This document shows positions 1-14,956 of a stretch of DNA of 64,000 nucleotides, in pieces. The stretch is from the human T2T-CHM13v2.0 reference genome, Homo sapiens. Within the stretch, counting starts at the first letter, position 1, and each line of letters begins with the position of its first letter. A model generated the notes under the pieces. It ran no database searches. It was not told the origin of the DNA and saw only the letters and a program-made list of their open reading frames with translations. Location of the stretch: assembly GCF_009914755.1 (NCBI RefSeq), contig NC_060925.1. One strand, written 5' to 3'. The position numbers and the translations under genes are program-made.

Positions 1-372
1 TTCCTTTCCCATTTCATAAAAGTGACATTTTTACATGGTAACTGACAATTGGATATGAAAAGCCTGGCATAGTAAACAAAGTTCATATAGATGTCAGGAG
101 ACTTTAATAACCTTGAAAGAATGTGGGGCAGGGAATCAGAAGAGCTCTGTGAAGTGTATGACCTCAGGAAATTGATGGAATGATTCTGGGGTTGCCTTTC
201 CTCAAAAAGAAACCGAAACATTTAAAAGATTCTAGGTTTACTTTCGATTCTTAAAATCTTCAGATTTTCTGTGGCATCTCAAATCTAACAGATGCAGGGT
301 CATGAGAAGAAATGCCTTTGGCGAAAAATGTCTGACCAAATACTGTTCAGTTCTCCAGGCTCCAGAACTTAC

Positions 373-524
373 TGGTTCTCAATCTGCTCCTGGCGCTGGG
401 TGATGTTTCCTGGCTCTTCTCGTCGCCGCTGTGGGAGCATCGGGAACTCATCGTGGGCCAGTCTTCTGACATAGACAGCTGGGACAATGCCCTGATGATC
501 AGCAGCTTCCACCTTCCACCAGTC
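373..524 (-). CDS. SPTA1: SPTA1 exon 22 (second half of SH3 domain, [19 protein letters not shown]...QIENQ)
   Basis: cttcag|GAC TGG TGG ... AAC CA|gtaagt; 152 nt; in frame with exon 21. Confidence 0.97.
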
Positions 525-1709
525 CTGAAGGGAGAGCAGATCCCCACTCCGTCATTAATTCTTGGAAAAGCAACAAACGGGAGAGACTTCAACACTAAGT
601 CTCTTGGCCCAGGCACAGGTTAATGGCAAAGATAAGCTAACCATGTCTAATGAGTGGCACATAATTTTCATATATGACCAAGAAATGAAATGAAGAATTG
701 CATAGACAAGCCCCTGAAATCAAGTAATCTGATACCTAATGTTAGACCCTTAACTTTGGAGAGATTTTCAAACACCCAAGACAGCTCTTTTAATGATGGG
801 GCACTTTGTTCATGAGGAATTTACAAAAAACACATGGAGCCAGGCTCTAGCTGGATTTCTTGGCAGTGGAGCGTCTGTGTAAGAGGATATTGCACAAAAA
901 TTCTTCTCTTCTATTCTTCTTGCAGAGGTCTGAAAAATGTGAATTGCTCTGACATTCATATACCTGAGTGTTACTTTATTTTTTATTTTTGAACTGTTGC
1001 CACATCTACCAAAACCCTGAGGCTAATTTCCTCAAAAAATAATGAAGAGGCCTAGACAAAGAAAAAATGGACTGGCACACATTATTTGATAATGAAACAT
1101 CTGCCGCTCCAAACATTTACTTGTCTTTGGAATAACTATAGCCCAAACTATTTTCTTTTCTTCTTAAGAATTTTTGTAGATTAATTAGGTATCAGAGTAT
1201 AAAAAATTACTTCAGTTTTTATGAAAAATATATTTAAAAATCTCAACCAATATTTTATCACTGTTCTTCCAGGCACAAGATCTAAAGAAAATCAAGTTGA
1301 CAAAAGACTCATCTTTTGGTAGGCTCCTTCTAACCCCAGACATTGTTATTTTATCACTAGAAATACTGGCACAGAAGAGGAACAAGCAAAGAGGAAGAAA
1401 GAAAGAGACAGCTTAGCCCTTTAAATATATTATAGAATTTCCACTCATACTTTCTATATCTTTGGGCTAATTATATAACTTCAATTCTTTATGATTTTAA
1501 CTGCAACATTGGGATTATAATTCCAAAAGATATGTGTAGGATCCTGCAAAATATCTACAGGAAAAATACTACCTAATCAGTTATAGTTATTCAAGAAATA
1601 AAATAATAAAATAAATGTTAGATGGTAAAAATATGAATATCTGGCAGGATTGGGAGAGATGGTTCTGAAAGAGCCACTTTTTGATGGAAAGATTAGAAGG
1701 AAAAGTCAC

Positions 1710-1847
1710 CTTATTGATGGAACTGAGCAGCGTTAAGACATCACCTTTCTTCATGGTGACTTCTCGGGGGCTGCGGGCCTGGAAGTCATATAAAGCCATG
1801 ACCCTTTGTTCTCCAGCAACTCCCTCCACTGGTGCAGCCTGTTGTTG
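1710..1847 (-). CDS. SPTA1: SPTA1 exon 21 (QQQAAPVEG...[29 protein letters not shown]; start of SH3 domain)
   Basis: ttcag|CAA ... AAG|gtgact; 138 nt; SH3 ALYDF motif in ORF 1587..1829. Confidence 0.97.
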
Positions 1848-1970
1848 CTGAATAAAAACAGGAAGCAGGTGTCAGTCACGCACTGGAAATATCTCCCTGT
1901 ACAGCTTACCAGGGGTGAGTAGTCCTTTAGGCTTCCCAGGAGAAAAGAGCCTCTGGCTGGAACCTCTTAC

Positions 1971-2050
1971 GTGGCTGCAGAGATTAAAGTATGTGGTCTT
2001 CAGAGAGACTGCTCCATTCTGACACTTATCGGGGACAGGCAGGTTGGGAA
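1971..2050 (-). other. Candidate 80-nt cryptic/decoy exon in SPTA1 intron 20 containing a premature stop
   Basis: acceptor tttccttccttgctttgggtttatag|TTC; donor CAC|gtaaga; TGA at codon 17 when read after exon 20. Confidence 0.65.
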
Positions 2051-3662
2051 CTATAAACCCAAAGCAAGGAAGGAAATACATAATTTGTCAGAAACGTATT
2101 AAATGCTCTAAGCCATCAGTTCTTAAAATGGGAGGAGTACATTTTAAGAAGTGTACTCCCTTAAGAAGGTCCAACAGGATTATACACATCAACATTTCAA
2201 AAAATTGTTTGAGAAAGTGAAAAGACCCACTCTCTGTCGTCACCTTTCCCTGTACCTCCAGTGATAATTCTTCCCACTCCTTCTGGCCTTTAAGTTACTA
2301 TGTCAGGAGCTCCGGACCTTCTATTTGAGATATGAGTGATCAATAGCACAGGAAAGGCCACAGAATTTTAAAAACTGAGAACATTAACTGAGATCATTAA
2401 AAGTATCTTGTGTCTCAGTTTAGTAAGCAGCCTGCATTCTAAGGTAGAATTTTCTCTGATTTTTACTTTCTGCCAATTTCATGTCTCTGAGAAATCAAGC
2501 AAAACATAACCCCTCTTCCTAAGGAATGACCCACCCCTTCCTCAGGTTGGAGTTGAATATGCACCTCCACCGACAGAGCCCTCTAATTTCATCTCCTTTA
2601 GGTAACATGTTTCCTCATACCACACAATATATAAATCCTTCTGTTCTTGTTTAGGCACCCACTGTGCAGAGCCTGGTGAAGGCACAGTATAGGAGGTCTG
2701 TAAATATACACTGATTTGACAGACTGAGTCTACGTCTTTTGTTTACTCTGAATGTGTGGATTAACAACCTCTCATTAGAAAGAATTCCTTGAAGGTAAGA
2801 AGTGTGTCTCTTTTTTTCTACCACTACATATAGTAGACATTGTTATAACATTTATTTGATTCCAGTTCAATTAATCTTCATGACACCCAGTTTTGCCCTG
2901 TACCTGAGCCATTCTCATATTCTCAACCAATTGCATCTTCCATTCTCACATTCTTAACCAATTGCATTTTCCACAAAACTTGATTGTTTTGTGCCTCAGT
3001 GCATTTGCTCTCATGGTTTATTGACTAGAAAAACGCTTATCCTCTTTCTCTGCACAGTAAACTACCCATCTGTCTTTCCTTAATAATTCAGATCAGGCGG
3101 TTTCCCTTAGCTTACAAAAATTTTCCTGTTTTCCAGTACTGTTATTTCAAGAGAACACAAGAGGCCTTTCTTTGAGACTCTTTGTCCTGTTCATACATCT
3201 ATTATATGCACTTACTGTTAAACATCTGGCCTCCTAATAGACTGTAATTTTCCTGCAAATCAGGATTTTTTATTCATACTTACATATAGTAGACATTTAA
3301 TAAGTTTTGGCATTAAAAATTAAGAAACAAAAGAAGGGAGTAAAGAAGAAAGATAAGAAGGAGAGACATAAATGAAGAAAAGTAAGAAAGAAAGAAGGGT
3401 AGAAATATAAAAGGAAGGAAAGAGGAAAGCCAAAAATACATCAATGAAGACATGATACCATTTATCAAAAACCTCTTTTGGACAAAGTCTCCTTTGGACT
3501 AAATTGTGGATGCTACAGTTCCTGCATACAAGGGTCATAGAACTTAGTGTTTTCTTTGCCATTGTTTTTGGGGTTGTAGAAAGTAAAAAATCAGCAATAA
3601 AGACAATTTCTTTTTCTTTGTGGTGGGAAGTGTGAATCCTGTCATCGCTAAGTTAGTCTTAC

Positions 3663-3755
3663 CTGGCAGGCGTTTGCCTGATTCCGCAGAGCTTTCATAC
3701 TGTCTCCAAATGAATTGAGATCTAATAGAAAGGCCTCATGCTTCTTTAGAAGAGC
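3663..3755 (-). CDS. SPTA1: SPTA1 exon 20 ([31 protein letters not shown])
   Basis: aatgcag|GCT ... CAG|gtaaga; 93 nt; spectrin-repeat LLKKH motif. Confidence 0.96.
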
Positions 3756-4575
3756 CTGCATTTATTGATGGAAGATCATCAGAATGAATATAGGAGGAAC
3801 ACTATTATTTCAACTACTATTATTTTGGGTTATGCTATTTGTCTTAAATCCTGGTAAAAGCTGCTTTCCATCTATCATAAAGTTATTTTTAACCCTAAAT
3901 TTGCAAGCATGAAGGAAATAGGAATTAATAAATTATAATTTCAATATGTTTACTAAAATCAAAATTAACTCAAACTTGCAAAAGTATTTTTATCAACACA
4001 GATTATAGCTGAAAAGAGGATGCTGTTGATACTGTTACTTTATAGGATAAACATTAGTGTAACTTAAAATATGCATACCAATAATTTCTAGTTCCAAAGG
4101 TTTGTGAAATACTATACCAGCTTCCTATGGGACAATGTGCAAAACAAATAAATGGATAAAAAGTGTGATTATAACCTTTGTGGTTCTTCTTGCCCCAACA
4201 TATCTGTCCAATTTTATTTTAATCAAGTAATTAAGGTGTCTCTATCTTAAAACCATGATTAATTTATAAATGCTCAAGGTTACTCTGGAAAGTTTAGGAT
4301 CGGATTATGACTATGACTCTGATCACACTTTTTTGATTTAGATAATCTCTAAAGAGTATATGAATCTCCATGGGATGAGAAAAATGTAGCATATCTTTTG
4401 GGATTCCTGTCAACTCTGAGGGAGTCTCAGCAGATGAAGGCCAACGGCGACCACTCTGGAAACCCCAAATAATCTGGCAGAATCTGTAGCTGTCCCACAA
4501 CCTAAGCAAACCCTAAATTGATAATTTGGTTGCGTTTGTTGAGGATTCACAATGTTAAACCCACCCCCACCTTAC

Positions 4576-4793
4576 CCCAGCTGCTTCTTCATCAGCACCA
4601 TAGTTAGTATTATCTACAATAGGTTCCTTCTCTCTGATCCATGTTTCTGCTTCATGCAGGTCAGCCAGGTACTGCTGGAACTGGACATTGGCTTCAAGAT
4701 CATTTTGTCGCCTAGCAGCTCGAGCACGGAGAGACTCCATATTCTGGTTCAAACTCTTGACCCTAGAGGCCACATCTTCTGCAGCAAAGTGTC
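4576..4793 (-). CDS. SPTA1: SPTA1 exon 19 ([10 protein letters not shown]...DEEAAG)
   Basis: ccatag|GA CAC ... GGG|gtaagg; 218 nt; ORF 4555..4845. Confidence 0.97.
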
Positions 4794-4999
4794 CTATGGA
4801 GTAATTATAGAAAAGGTGAGTATGATCCTCATGAGTGTTTACCATACTCTAATCCTTTTGGTACCTTGGAAAAGAGAAAGGAAGTGATAAAAATGGTATG
4901 TTATTTAGTCGACGTTATATTTTTCTTGAGTTACCTGGGAATTGAAATATCCTAAGTGAGATTAAGTAACAAAAGGTACTAATGGGAGATATGCATGTG

Positions 5000-7690
<2,691 letters not shown>

Positions 7691-8385
7691 GGCGAATTTC
7701 TACAGTTGTTGGTTTGAATCACTCAGGTGGGATCTGAAGTTTTTCTCAGCAAACTGAATTTTAACCTATACTTTTGAAAACTAGATACTGGTTGGCATCA
7801 ACTGATTCTTCAATCAACAGAGGGAAAATCCCAGTGTAATCTGCACTGCTTATACCATACCTGGCTTATGATGTTCAAAACTGAACATCATACTTAAGCA
7901 TCAGGAATTTCTGAATTGGATGAAAAGAATGAACAGAGGTATTGAAACTATATGAAGTGAGAAGCTAAAGAAATGGAACAGTTTACTATAAAAATAGTTC
8001 AACACTGCATAACTAAGATCTGCCTTCACAGATCTGGAAGCTCCCATATGGAAAAGAGACCTGATTTAATTCATAGGGCTTTGTAAATTAGATTCTGAAT
8101 TCTGGAACTTCTACAGAGAAGCATATTAATGATTAGGATAAAGACATTTTACTTTAATAATTTTTGTTTTACAAACAAATAGTGGTTCACAGGATTGGAA
8201 TATTCCTGTTATTGAAATATACAAACAAAACCATATGCCCATTTGTCAGAAATGCCAAAAGAGCATTAAGTGGGAAAATGAGTCAGATATTTTTAAATTC
8301 CCTTGAAACCCTAGGATAGTACAAACTTCTTCCCAGAGGTCTGGCCTGGTGATGTTTTGTCCAACTGAATCTCAATCATACATAC

Positions 8386-8508
8386 CTTCCTCTACCATTT
8401 TGTTTCCCCTTTCTGTTATCTCTTGAATGCGTGGTTCATGGCTGGCAATGTTCTCCAGGATGACTCTATGCCTATTCAGAAGCTTTTTGGAAGCAATCAG
8501 GTCCTTTC
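8386..8508 (-). CDS. SPTA1: SPTA1 exon 18 ([13 protein letters not shown]...KMVEE)
   Basis: ctgcag|GA AAG ... GAA G|gtatgt; 123 nt. Confidence 0.96.
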
Positions 8509-9800
8509 CTGCAGAGGAAAGGAATTTCAAAGTTTCGGATTATCCTGGTGTATGGAAGTAGCATACCTCACTTTTTTAGAACTCTTGGACCCACAGGTTC
8601 TTTCCTTTGAAGTTCTAACCATTGAGTAAGATTCTTTAAATTTATATCATCTGTCTGATTTCACTCTACTTATCTTTGTTCTTCCCCTGGCCTCTTTTTA
8701 TTAATAAATTTCAATTCACTGTTATACAACAGATAATGAAAACATCACTATTGTTGTTGAAAGATAGGTATGAAGGCAAGTAACTTCTTAGTTCAAATGT
8801 CCAATATTAGGCACACAATTGTCTTTCAGCATATTGTGATGTACAAGGAAGGAACTTCTACTTGCTAATTTCTATGGACTTCAGAAAGTTTTTAAATCTT
8901 CTATGCCCAAGTTTTCTCATCATGAAAAAGGCACAGTGTAACTGGTTTGAAGATCTATTTGTAATCATTAGAAATAACTTACAAAAAGTGCCTCATTGAT
9001 TGCATAGCATTAACAAGCAAACAATAAATACTTCTCACTGTGAATTTCCTTCATCTTCTAAGATCCCGAAATCCTGCTGTCTGCTTTATCCTCCCTGTAT
9101 CCTAACCATGCTTTATCTCTTTTCCCTCTAAACTTTCTTTCTTACTACTTCCCATTCAAAATATACTCTCTAGAAACTTTCTATGCCTTTCCAATAAGCC
9201 TCAGGCTTTTATCTTCCAGGAAGTTTTCCCAGACTAAACCTTTCATTGTCCTCATTGTCCAGCCTTTCATAGATGTTTCCAAACTATGCATACTAAGTTG
9301 CACTGTATTTGTGTACACCTTTTTCTCTGCCTCAGTATAAGTGTACTGGCTTCGACACTGGTGAACTAGCAGCTTCTGAAGGAAAGGACAGTATGTGCTT
9401 TATCTGCTACTTCACCCCTGCTATTGTCAGAAGAAAAATCTCATATGATTTATAAGAAGGGGCCAGCTACAGCCTAAACACAAACACTTAGTATCTCAGG
9501 CATTAACCATGACTGTTCAAAGACCTTCACAGTTTTAGAGCACGCAACAAAATGCTGAGCACTCTACTCTTCCCAGGGGCCCTAAATTCATGGCATTGCT
9601 CATGTCCAGTTTTAGGAGGTGTAATTTTTTAGTATAATTTTTAAAAATATTTTTATGAAGGACTGGACAAATTTTCATGAGTGTGAGAAGAAACAGCTAA
9701 GAGCAAGCTTTCTAGACTCCAACTACTGTACCCCAGATCTCTCTCAATATATAGACCTTGGTCCTTTCCTAGTGGCTCAGCCTGCTCAGGCTGTACTAAC

Positions 9801-10044
9801 CAAGGTAGGTGGAAGTAGCTGAGGGTTCAGTCTCTTGGATCCAGGCCTCCTCATCCTCTGTGTCTCTACAAATCAGCTGCAGATGGAGAAGGTCTAAGAG
9901 CTTCTTCTTTCGGGTGGCCAGTGGCTCTTTCAGAGCTTCAAATCGGCATACCAAGGACTCTTGCCTTGCCCTTATATCCTTAGAATCAGGATGGCCTATT
10001 TCTTCAAAATATGCAGCCAGGTCTGTAAGGATATCCACCTGATC
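9801..10044 (-). CDS. SPTA1: SPTA1 exon 17 (DQVDILTDL...ATSTYL)
   Basis: ccttag|GAT ... CTT G|gttagt; 244 nt; ORF 9796..10038. Confidence 0.97.
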
Positions 10045-10812
10045 CTAAGGGAGAAATAGAATGAATGCGAAGAAATCCCATCATTTAGTAGGAAGTAATA
10101 GGAGTTTGTCATGGTGGAAACGGGGTCATGGGAAAATCAGTTCCCATATGCATTGTGTTCTGATCTCTAATTAAATCAGTGAAATGGAGTTGGAAGGGTT
10201 GCTACACTGGGGACCACCACATCAGGTAAGGGCTATTCATACGAAAGTAGTTCTCAAAACATATTTTAGAAACATCAAAATATTTATAGAATGCTTCAAG
10301 GAAATCAGAAAAATTAGAATTGCAGAGTTTGATTGTTTAAGAGTATTGACAAACTGGGCCTCAAGGAAAAAACTGGAAGTGTTTTTCTATCTCAGTTCAC
10401 CTTCTGTATTCTTTCTCTCTCTTTAAAATGAGCTATAACTGCAAATAAATGGAAACTTCTCAGGCTTAAGTTTGTTGCATAGCAGAAACAATACCTATGA
10501 GATGAAACGTGATGTTATAAAAAATTGTCAGAAGCTCAGAAAGATAAATTTAACGGAGTGCCTTGCCACCAGCTAGTTGTCCTCCTTTGAATCATATCTG
10601 AGAAAGGAGAGATACAGAAACAGGATTTTGAAGGCTCTTCCTAGAAATCAAATTTTAGTTGTATACCTATATGGTGAAATAGATACAATAGGTACACTAC
10701 ATTTTTATTAGTGAGGCAAACTATACCTGGCCTGGCAGACACAGTACCCAGGATTTTTATTTGCCTTTTTTTCTCGTTTGTTCATTGGGTATAAGAGTGG
10801 CACATAAGCAAG

Positions 10813-10974
10813 TGAGAGGTAGCATTAGGACAAATACCTAATGCATGCAGGGCTTAAAACCTAGATGACAGGTTGATGGGTGCAGCAAACTACCATGGCA
10901 TATGTATGCCTATGTAACAAACCTGCACATTCTGCACATGTATCCCAGAACTTAAAGTATAATAATAAAAAAAG
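10813..10974 (+). mobile_element. L1PA 3' end fragment (very truncated)
   Basis: agcattaggacaaatacctaatgcatgc...cccagaacttaaagtataataataaaa. Confidence 0.85.
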
Positions 10975-11171
10975 AAGTTCTTCAAGAACAGAGAAACATC
11001 TGGCACTTTGTTTTATTTTTGCTATTTTGCCATTCAGTGCTCAATCTATAAAGGATTTTATCTATGGCTCCTCAATTTGGAAAAAAGTTTAAAAATATGG
11101 ACTATCAGTAACTTCTTAAAGCACATACTCACTTCTCCATAAAAAAATTAAAGGCCTTACACTTTTACTCT

Positions 11172-11770
11172 GTGAGTAGGAGTGTAAATTAGTTCAACCA
11201 TTGTGGAAGACAGTTTGGTGATTCCTCAAGGATCTAGAACCAGACATATCATTTGACCCAGCAATCCCATTACGGGGTATATACCCAAAGGATTATAAAT
11301 CATTCTACTATAAAGACACATGCACATGTATGTTTACTGTAGCAGTATTTACAATAGCAAAGACTTAAAAGCAGCTCAGATGCCCATCTATGATAGACTG
11401 GATAAAGAAAATGTGGCACATATACAATATAGAATACTATGCAGCCATAAAAAAGAATGAGTTCATGTCCTTTGCAGGGACATGGATGAAGCTGGAAGCC
11501 ATCATTCTCAGCAGACTAACACAGGAATGAAAAGCCAAACACCGCATGTTCTCACTCATAAGTAGGAGTTGAACAATGACAACACATGGACACAGGGAGG
11601 GGAACATCACACACCGGGGCCTGTCGAGGACTTAAATACCTAATGCATGCAGGGCTTAAAATCTAGATGACAGGTTGATAGGTGCAGCAAACCACCATGG
11701 TACATGTATACTTATGTAACAAACCTGCAGTTTTTGCACATGTATCCCAGAACTTAAAGTAAAATAAATT
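11172..11770 (+). mobile_element. 5'-truncated L1PA (ORF2 end plus 3'UTR; the G-rich tract is missing)
   Basis: ttcaaccattgtggaagacag...gaatactatgcagccataaaaaagaatgag...cccagaacttaaagtaaaata. Confidence 0.9.
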
Positions 11771-13232
11771 AAAACCAAAAATCAGATAACTTATAAGGAA
11801 ATAAAACTAAAATCCCTCAGTAGCCAACTGTTCTCATTTCTTAGGACATTTTTGTAAATCAGAACATAATGGAAGGATTTTCAAACATAATCATTATCAT
11901 CATCACTATAGATCCACTGTACTCTTTGAAAACCTCTAACGTAGTGCAGGATGCACCAGGCGAGGGAGAGAGGATATCTGGCTCATATACTTGGCTGCCA
12001 GTCCATTGCCATTTGATCTTGGGGAAAGTTCTTTCACCTGTTTTGATCTTAGTTTCTTAAACTATATAATGAAAACTTTGGGCTAGAAGATATTGAAGAT
12101 CTTTTTCAACTTTAACATTCTATATCTAAAATTTCCTTTGCATGTATCATTTCTTTGCCTCTACCCACATTAGGAGTTCAAATTCCTGGTGACCAGCCAC
12201 CCTAACTTTCCCAAATGGTGTCACACACTCCTATTTCTTAAGCTCTTACATGTAACATTTTATCTTCTTCAAGATGTCCTTTTTTGTTTGCTTTTAAAGA
12301 AAAAAATTAAACAAATTATACCCTTCCATCCTTTGAAACTCTGTTCTCCGGGTAGATTTCAGAGCTATATTTGTATGATTTTTCCTACTCCAGTCTTTTA
12401 CTTTATTTAAAGCCCCAGAGAGCCATCTCTAAAGGTATACAAATGACTTTTTTCCTGTTTTCTGTAGATTATTCTGTTTTTTTCCATTTAACTCAGAGTG
12501 ACCATAGAGTAGGCATCATGAAAGTGTATTTTTAAAGGCAGATTAGTGGGATCTTCTAGGGAATGGCGGAATCATTTTTAAATACAAGCTAGGATTCCTG
12601 GGATGAGAAATTGAATGGGCTGGAAGTGGATTTCCATTGAAATCTCCCAAACCTCACATAGAATATCCACAACCTAGGAACTTTTGGAATAAATTCATTT
12701 TAAATAAGAGTCTGTTATGATGTTGGAGAAAATATCTCTGAAACTAGAAACCTTGACATCAGTTCATTGTTCTGGCTCTGTTGTTAATTTTCGCTGTCAC
12801 ATTGGGAAAGTCACTTTACTTCTATTGGTTTCAATTTTCCTTATTTTAAAAAAATGTAGGATTTAAAATATTTTTAAGCTTTGAATCACAGAATACCTGA
12901 ACAGGAAAAGACAACTTTATCCCAACCCCTTATTTTATAGGTGAGGATAGTGAAGATACAGAGATGCAAAAAGTGAAATGACCTATCAAAGATCACATAA
13001 CTAGTAAGCCACAAGGATGTATATACAACCCAGATTTCTAGATTGAGAGAAGAGTTTATGTTTAGAAAAGTCAATAAAGCCTTACACTAACCATGAGGTT
13101 CTGACCAAAGACACTGAGCACCCAGCACCCCTGGCTAGATTGGAGGAGATTTTGGGAAAAAGCAGTTGGTTTACTAAAAATTTCGAATTTTTACCTTTGG
13201 TTCTTTGCTCTTTTGCTCTCTGAATAATAATA

Positions 13233-13388
13233 ATTACTTATTAAGTAATAATTACTTATTACTTAATAATCAGTGTGCTCAGAGCATATACACCCATTGC
13301 TTATTATTACTTATTAAGTAATTAATAAGTAATAATTACTTATTACTTAATAACGAGTGTGCTCAGAGCATATACACCCATTGCTTAT
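13233..13388. repeat. Tandem 63-bp duplication (period 84) embedded in AT-rich palindromes
   Basis: 13242-13304 vs 13326-13388 differ at 2 nt; palindromes attactta-t-taagtaat and taataagtaat-a-attacttatta. Confidence 0.9.
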
Positions 13389-13414
13389 GGCTGGCCAAAG
13401 AGCTAACAACAAAC

Positions 13415-13596
13415 CTGACGAGCAGCCACAGCCGACTCCAGGAGGCCGTGTTTCCTGAGTCGATTCTGTACCTCGGCCAGGCCTTTCCCATAATCCTCAG
13501 AGGTGACTTGCCACTCAACATCCTCCAGCCAGCGCTGCAAATCTTCTGCATTATTTTCAAATTGCAGCTGCTGGTTGGCCTCATGCAACTGGGTCC
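13415..13596 (-). CDS. SPTA1: SPTA1 exon 16 ([12 protein letters not shown]...SAVAARQ)
   Basis: cccag|GG ACC ... CAG|gtttgt; 182 nt. Confidence 0.97.
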
Positions 13597-14956
13597 CTGG
13601 GAGAAGACATAAGGTAGAAGACATTAGGTACCATAACTATTCCTCTTTACACTATAATATACCTTCCTCCAATTGAAGGATCAATATAGTATTTTAATAT
13701 TGCAAAGAGGGAAATATAACTGTCTCACATGTCTCACAAAAAGTCATCTTAAATTTGTAGAATTCTGATAATATTTGTTTCTGAATATAGTAATGTTCTC
13801 AAAGCAAAAATAAATAAGAAGTTATATTGCCTGATAAGATATAGTTCTGCTGTGTCAGATTTTAACCATCTTGGGTGTTTCCTTATGTGATTTTTACTCT
13901 CTATCCAGACCTCTTTTTCAAGGAAATTCAAATCCAAACACTCTATTTTCTAGGAGAAGCATAATGAGGTTGGTTCAGTTTGAAATTTATAAGTTTCTTT
14001 TTATAAAATTATTTCACTGAACTTCGCTTTCCCCCCTTAGTGCCTGTCTTTCATCACCAACTGTTCCCCACAATTTTATCTTCCAGAAAATGTCTTCATT
14101 CACACTCTGCTCAGATTGATTCTGTACTATTATCTTATTGCAATTATTTGCATTATTTCTGCAAAGGAATTGCTGTGTCTCCTGATGGTGAACAGTAGCA
14201 GTGATATATTGTCATACCAAGTTTGATTTTGTTTTTCTAAACCAAAAATAAGGATGGTATCCAAAAAAAAATCAGTATGACATATTTATTCTGTAATCAA
14301 GGAAAAGTTATGTTTATAGATGATGTTTATAACAAGGGGCACATGAATAGAAAACTCATTATTTGTGTTAATTACTAAAAATTGATTAATTTTCCAAAGT
14401 AAAGGGTAAAATATAAGTGAAGACTCTCCAAGAAGACATGTGAGATTGTTTTAAGATCTTATAGCAAGCCTAAACACTTTCAAATAGGTTTAAAAAGATC
14501 AACAAGTCATCAGTCTCTGTAAGAATAAAATGTAGGAAAATCACGTGTGACATCAACAATCTTTTAATGTCTAATGAGTCATAATATCTTGTCTAGCTTA
14601 TAGAACCAAAATAGGTAAAACTCATGGTTCAAAAATACTTGTTCAAGGGAAAGAAAAACAACAAAGTAGGAAAAAAGTGAGGAAAACAAAAGCAATTTCA
14701 GCTCACCTGCCACTGCTAAAAAATTTTTTTTTAAAAACCTTACACCCTTGAAGGAAACATAAAATTGTGTTAATATATAGTGTTATAAATTCAGGTTGGA
14801 TTTTTAAAATTTTACCAATAAAAGAAAGACACATGGAAGCAAATGAGTAGTATACCTTCTCATAGAGGCCACCAGATAAATTTACAGTGGTAAAGATAAA
14901 GGTAGTAGATTTCAGAATTTAGAAAATGACCTTTCACCAAAACCTCTGCTTTTTAC

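Noticed and set aside
13233-13388. CRISPR-like repeat/spacer array
   Set aside because: There are only two units and the 'spacer' is itself duplicated; the context is a human intron with no cas genes.
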